A stretch of DNA of 64,000 nt from the human T2T-CHM13v2.0 reference genome, Homo sapiens, in the NCBI RefSeq assembly GCF_009914755.1, contig NC_060926.1. One strand, given 5' to 3'. The translations under genes and the position numbers were made by a program. This document shows, piece by piece, positions 58,333-64,000 of the stretch (position 1 is the first letter of the stretch; every line of letters starts with the position of its first letter). The notes under the pieces were generated by a model. It had not been told where the DNA came from and ran no database searches. It was given only the letters and a program-made list of their open reading frames with translations.

Positions 58333-58447
58333 GCAAGTATGTTAGATTGACTTGACCTCATTTGAAAATTGTAAAGCATTTATTATTTTCCAATTCAAAT
58401 GAATATTCTATAAAAACTTTACATGTGTGAGGAGTTAAGATCTAGGC

Positions 58448-58671
58448 CAGATGTCAGCAAACTATGGCCCATGAGCCACATCTGCCTGCTGCCTATTTTT
58501 GTAAGCAAAATTCTATGGAACATAGCCACAGCCATTTATGTATATGATTTTTATATGGTTGCTTTTGCTCTACAACAGCAGAGTGCAGTAGTAGTGATAA
58601 AGACCATATGACCTGCAAAGCCTAAAATATTTACTATCAGACCCTTTACAGAAAAAGTTTGCTGACTCCTG
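58448..58671 (+). mobile_element. MER58A (hAT-Charlie MITE)
   Basis: TIRs cagatgtcagcaaact / agtttgctgactcctg; atcta-nnn on both flanks. Confidence 0.85.
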
Positions 58672-59727
58672 ATCTAATTACATTCATTTTGGTAACGGTT
58701 TGAATCAGAGAGGTATCAGGTATTCAGTTTGGAAGGAAGCGGAGAGGTCTAGTCTTTTAACTCAGGACTTCCCCTTTATTGTACTCTACATAGTGAAGCT
58801 ACTTGGTTAAGAGAATTGTTCTCTTCATTTCAGAGTAACTCTAATTAGTAGCAAATTTTTTTATATATTTAACTTCCTTTTATTCCCTTATGAGTTCCTC
58901 AAGCCTGTCTCTGCAATACTCTCTGTCTAATTTTTACCCTCTGGACCTAATTTTACCCTCTGGTAAATTTTACCCTCTTGACCTGCCTGGAATAAATCTT
59001 CTATCTCACTGCCCTGCCTACATTGGCAGATAGCCATGTTGTTTTACTAAGGTGCCTCTTGTTCGAGTAAAACATTCCCAGTGTCTCCAAGAGGGCAGAG
59101 ACCATGTCTGTTTTTTGTTCATCTTAAGTTCCCAGGTTCCTGCACAGAGGTACGTAGCAGGCTCTCAATCAATGCTGGTTCAACACATGAAGGAACTCGT
59201 CTTTATATTATATGTAGACAATACCTCACCACTCTGGTAACTCCACTCTAGATAAGTATTACCACCCGACAAATAAAAAAGATAAACTACGTATTTTTGT
59301 AAAGTATATATTTATATTTATTATTAAAAGTATGGTCCAAAGTTTGTTTTCAAAGATTATTTTCCTGTGTGTTTCTAGTTGATTGTATTATCACATGAGG
59401 GAATACACACAGAAAAAAAACAGCTAGACTCTTCTTGCATTGCCTCTGTGTGTTTTAGTAAAACATTCCAGGAGAAAGTGCCCCTGGGGCCGTTGCTACA
59501 TACAATAGAGAAGGGATATCATCAATAGATTAAAACAAGGACTCGACTCCCTACACTTCACACCTGAATTTCATTCTCAACAATTTAGGTAACCCTAAAT
59601 GACTGCTATTTAAAAACTACAAATAGTTCTGGCATGATTTTTTATAATAATAGCAGTCTGCCATGCATAGTTTTTAACCAGTTAGCTTTTCCAATGTCAA
59701 TAACCTAACAGCAAAAAAATGAAACCA

Positions 59728-60030
59728 GGTCGGGCGCAGTGTCTCACACCTGTAATCCCAGCACTTTAGGAGGCAGAAGCGGGCAGATTATTTGAGGTCA
59801 GGAGCTCGAGATCAGCCTGGCCAACATAGTGAAACCCCGTCTGTACTAAAAATACAAAAATAAGCTGGGCGTGGTGGTGGGCGCCTGTAATCCCAGCTAC
59901 TCAGGAGGCTGAGGCAGGAAAATCACTTGAACCAAGGAGGCGAAGGTTGTGGTGAGCTGAGATCGCACCACTGCACCCCACCCAGCCTGGGCAACAGAGA
60001 GAGACTCCATCTCAAAAAAAAAAAAAAAAA
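59728..60030 (+). mobile_element. Full-length AluS
   Basis: Both arms, A17 tail, TSD-like tgaaa(c/t)cag. Confidence 0.95.
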
Positions 60031-60213
60031 GTGAAATCAGAATATAGCATTGTGAGAAAAATCAAAACCCTATTTCTGAGCTCCTATGTAAATTTTATTG
60101 CAAAGACCTTCAAAATTCCAGTGTAGCTCTTGAAGAAGTTAAATGAAATGGATTTTCCAGGTTATGTGTCTATCAGAATTGATCCAACTTGGTTCTTCTC
60201 CCATAAATTATAG

Positions 60214-60368
60214 TTTGGAGCAGATAAAGCTGATCGGATTTATGATGACATGCCTGATATAGAGAAAACTGCAAATGTTCTACAGGACTATCTTGATGAT
60301 TATAATCTCACAAATCCCAAAGAAGTAAAGTTGGTGTTCTTCCAGGATGCTATAGAACATGTTTCAAG
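60214..60368 (+). CDS. DNAH6: Exon P: FGADKADRIYDDMPDIEKTANVLQDYLDDYNLTNPKEVKLVFFQDAIEHVS
   Basis: tatag acceptor, AAG|gtatag donor, 155 nt phase 0-2; LV-F-DA-EH motif preceding AAA4. Confidence 0.92.
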
Positions 60369-61104
60369 GTATAGTGCTATAAGGCGCCCAATAATGCATT
60401 GATTTAATATTTTTTGTATTAAAGGGTAAAAAAATAAGTTGTATAAACTCTTCAAACAGATTGCTAGATGGTCAGAGGTCTTTTATTAACTCTCACCATA
60501 ACTTAAGAGTTATTGTTTAACATATTTTAAATATTTGTGGAATGAGCTTTCTATGGAATCCCCAGAGTCATTTTTTTGCTAAATATTAGTAGATGGTTTC
60601 TGTTTGTTTTTATCTGTTCTGTCTTGTTACAAAAAGGATATGAGGTTGTTTACAGAGATACATGTACGGTATAACAATGCTAGTTCCATGCATGCCTAAA
60701 GAAAGAGGAGCTTCAAAATTATAGCAAAACAAGTTCAATCCAGGATCAAAGGTTTCACCTGCTTGCATGTCTGACTCTTACCCACTACAAGTGTCCTATG
60801 AGGGACAACCTTGACACATTCATGAGCATCCAGCCTAAATATCTGCAGTCCTTGGGGCACACTTCCTGAAGTGGCTCCTGTCCTGTTTGACAGTTCTAAT
60901 GCTAAAATGATCCTTCCAGGATAAGCCAACATCTGCCTCCTGTGCTTCTGGTATCCATCCCATCCTGTGAAGCAGTCATGATTAAGGTACTCAGTGTGGG
61001 TATGAAACCATGATATGGAGCATCTCATTTACCTGGTACAACAATCTCTCTATAGCTCAGGATCATAATCTCTTTACAAGTAAGGCTCAGAGAATGTCCC
61101 AGTG

Positions 61105-61500
61105 GTCTATTGCTATGTAATAAGCCACTCCTACCCTTAGCAGATTCATTTTATCATCTCTCAATTTTTGCGACTGTTCTCTGAGCATCTCTCTTACAGT
61201 TGTAATCAGACCGCCGCTGGAGTGCCTGGAGCATCTCCGCCTCCATATAGTCTCTCCACTTGTCTCTCGGCATGGCAGCATCAGGGTATCTGGGTTTCTC
61301 AACATGGTGGCTCAGGGCTCCAAAAGCAAGTGCTGCAAGACAGAGCCAGGCAGAAGCCAAATGGCTTTTTTGACATAGTCTTGGAAGTCACATAGCATCA
61401 TTTCTACTGTGCTCTTCTAGTCAGTGCAGTCATACAGGCCCACTCAAGGTCAAAAGAAGAGGACGGAGACCCTATCTCTTGATGGAATCAAAGAGCAAGT
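61105..61500 (-). mobile_element. Old MLT1 solo LTR
   Basis: tttttgacatagtcttggaagtcacatagcatcatttctactgtgctct signature; approximate. Confidence 0.65.
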
Positions 61501-61639
61501 AGGACCAGAGGCATTATTGCAGCCACTTTTTGGACAACGCTGTGTGCCACAGAGAGATTAGGTAAATGGTCCAAAGTCTTCTAGTCAGTGAGTGGCAGGT
61601 GGGGATCACAGCCAGTGCTTCAGCTCTAACTCCACTGTG

Positions 61640-62110
61640 GGTGCCCCTACCCAAAATGGGCTCACTTTTTTCATAACAGCTCTCCAGATATTTGAAGATC
61701 ATTCCCATATTCTTCTTAGCTTTATCTTCTCCAGGCAAAATTATCCCACATCTTTCTTATTGCGTGTTGGAGATTATTTCCAGTCTTCACATACTGAGCA
61801 CTTTATAATTTTTCAATGTTCTACTTAAAATGCAGCATCCAGATTTGATATCATATTCTGTGGAATAAATACAGTAAAATACAGTGAGAGTAGGATTTCC
61901 CATGGTCTACTGCTGCAGCAAGATTTTCATGGCTTTGGTTTTTTTCCTGTGTCAACTACATTTTAGCGTTGGTCCTTGTTAATACTGACAGTTAAATCCC
62001 TAGAATTTTTTTTCACATAAACCATAAGCAAATAAAGTCTTCACCTGTTCCATATTTCAGCTCTTTAATTAGCCCTAATTCAAGATTTATGTTTGTCACA
62101 GCTTAAGTGT
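61640..62110 (-). mobile_element. L3/CR1 fragment
   Basis: tcttctccaggcaaaattatccc...ttaaaatgcagcatccaga resembles recalled antisense CR1 RT end. Confidence 0.45.
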
Positions 62111-63335
62111 TATAACATAGGTTGTTTGTCATTGGCTTGTCCAGATGCCACTTGCTTCCCCTCTGTCCCCCTGGCAGCATACCCACATGCTATCCCCTAA
62201 CAACTTTTATTCCCATCGCTCAGGCAGGCCCTAAGCCTACAAGGAAAAAAATAATGGCAGCATTTTGGTCTGAGAAACTTCCTGGAGAATAGACCAGACC
62301 GTAAGCAAAGTTGGCTTAATTCTATTTATAATCTTTCTTACTTTTGTGAAAGAGAATTACCAGGCCCCTCAAGGTTTGCTTAAAATATTATGGACGGAAA
62401 TTAAAAACCATTTGTAGCATGGTGAAGATTTGGTTTTCAGATGCACAAAGGACTGCCATGTAAATAATGATGTAGACTGTTCTCTTTTATTCAAGAGAGG
62501 ATCAGTAGTTAGGAATCAGAGAAAACATATTTCTGCTTTTAAGAGCGTTCAAACACCTAATGCTGATTAGCAATGGAAAGGTCTTTGTTATGAAAGTGAG
62601 TTATGGATTAATTACTAAATACTCAGTAATTTAGCACACACTACATTTCCATTTGCTGGTGACATTTTAGTTTTTGGCTTTTTAATGTAGGGTAAGTAAA
62701 AGTCTTTTAACTCGGGGGGAAAAATTTGCTTCAGAGCCTGTGCTTTCAAAGAGCAAATGCACCAGGCAGTTTCTGCCCATTGTATGCCCCTAACGTTGTC
62801 ACCACACTCCAAAGATAGTAGAACAAATCTATTAGTCTTTAAGCCACTAATTAGGAGAACTATCTCTTGCCTACCACGTGAGAGAAAATATAACTTAGCT
62901 ACTACATTAGAGGATTCTTACTAGGGGAAGTTTTCAATCCATTTATAAGTAAATTGCCAGAAAAAAATAATACTACAAAGCAGAATGGACAAGTAATTTG
63001 TTTCCAGTAGTTTCAGATAGAAATAATCAAACTGCTATAAATAATAATGTACATGAAATAAGGAAAGAGTGACATATAAAGTGCAAGATTTTTATCATAT
63101 TCAATATTTCATCAACTGTAGGACACTTGTACATTATGGGAAAAATAAGAAAGCATTATTATCTATTCACTCTGCCCTCAATTTTATGCTCGCCTGGGCA
63201 GCTGAAGAGAAAAAAGCAAATAGACATCTGATGTGTCTTTGAGTAGATGTGTACTGTGGCAGACACATAGCAATGACAATGGTGCCTATGGGTCTTCGTT
63301 GTTCTAGTAGAGGAGTTGGCCAAAAGTTCTGGGGA

Positions 63336-63671
63336 AGAGGTTGACAAACTACTTTGGTAAAGAGCCAGATAGAAAAACTATTTCAGTATCTGCAGATCAT
63401 ACTGTAACTACCCAACCCTGCTGTCATAATGCATAAGCAGCCACAGACAGTAAGTGAATGAATGAGCTTGGGTATGTTTCAACAAACTTTATTTATAGAC
63501 ATTAATATTTGAATTTCAAAGGATTTTCACATATCATGAAATATTACTCTTTAAAAATTTTTTTCAACCATTAAAAAAAATCTAAAAACCGTTCTTATCT
63601 CATGGGTCATTAAAAAACCACATTGTTAAGGGGCAGGATTTGGCCCACAGGCCATAGTTTGCTGACCCCGG
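63336..63671 (-). mobile_element. MER58B (hAT-Charlie)
   Basis: gaggttgacaaact...ggatttggcccacaggccatagtttgctgacccc termini. Confidence 0.8.
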
Positions 63672-64000
63672 TTTTAGACAAAGCCATCTTACCAAGGCAC
63701 TCAAGATGTGGAAAAAGTGGACCTGTCTGAGGAGCAGGAGAGGGTGTAAAGGTGGAGGAAACAAATTTCAAAGTTTGATTCTTATTTCAGAAGATCCTAA
63801 ATAATGACTGGGAGTCTGTGCCTTGTCCTGGAGGAAGACTTTTTAAATAAGTCCTCGTAGACTCCCTGTTGTATTCTTACACTACATAGCTCCTATCTCC
63901 TGCCACCAAAGATGATGTATATAGTAACTAACTGTTACAGTCTCTAGAAGTTGGTTACTTGAATGTGGAATTGATGGAGCACCCGCCAAATGCTATGCAC

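Noticed and set aside
60456-60490. cag|attgctagatgg as the next dynein exon (IAR...)
   Set aside because: Wrong phase for the phase-2 donor at 60368, no AAA4 Walker A follows and the IAR frame stops within a few codons; the next exon appears to lie beyond the window

Overview
Primate (most likely human) genomic DNA containing 16 internal + strand coding exons of an axonemal dynein heavy chain that I recognise as DNAH6. The exons run from 6297 to 60368 and join phase-consistently into 2777 nt (925 codons + 2 nt) with no stop. They cover the motor domain from the AAA1 Walker B through AAA2 and AAA3 to just before AAA4; the gene's start and end lie outside the window. One intron most plausibly uses a GC donor (58333). 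The introns are dominated by transposon fossils: a full-length sense L1PA with TSDs (33939-40071), a full-length Tigger1 hosting an Alu, a MER75 piggyBac MITE and a local templated rearrangement, older L1M/L2/MIR/CR1 pieces, MaLR/ERVL solo LTRs, MER58/MER82 and about 13 Alus or Alu monomers. A 44-nt tailless U5 snRNA retrocopy sits inside an old L1. I see no prokaryotic features and no evidence for a new multi-gene system; the noteworthy signals are splicing oddities and retrotransposition or repair footprints. Repeat subfamily names come from recalled consensus sequences, not a database run, and boundaries without a TSD are approximate.
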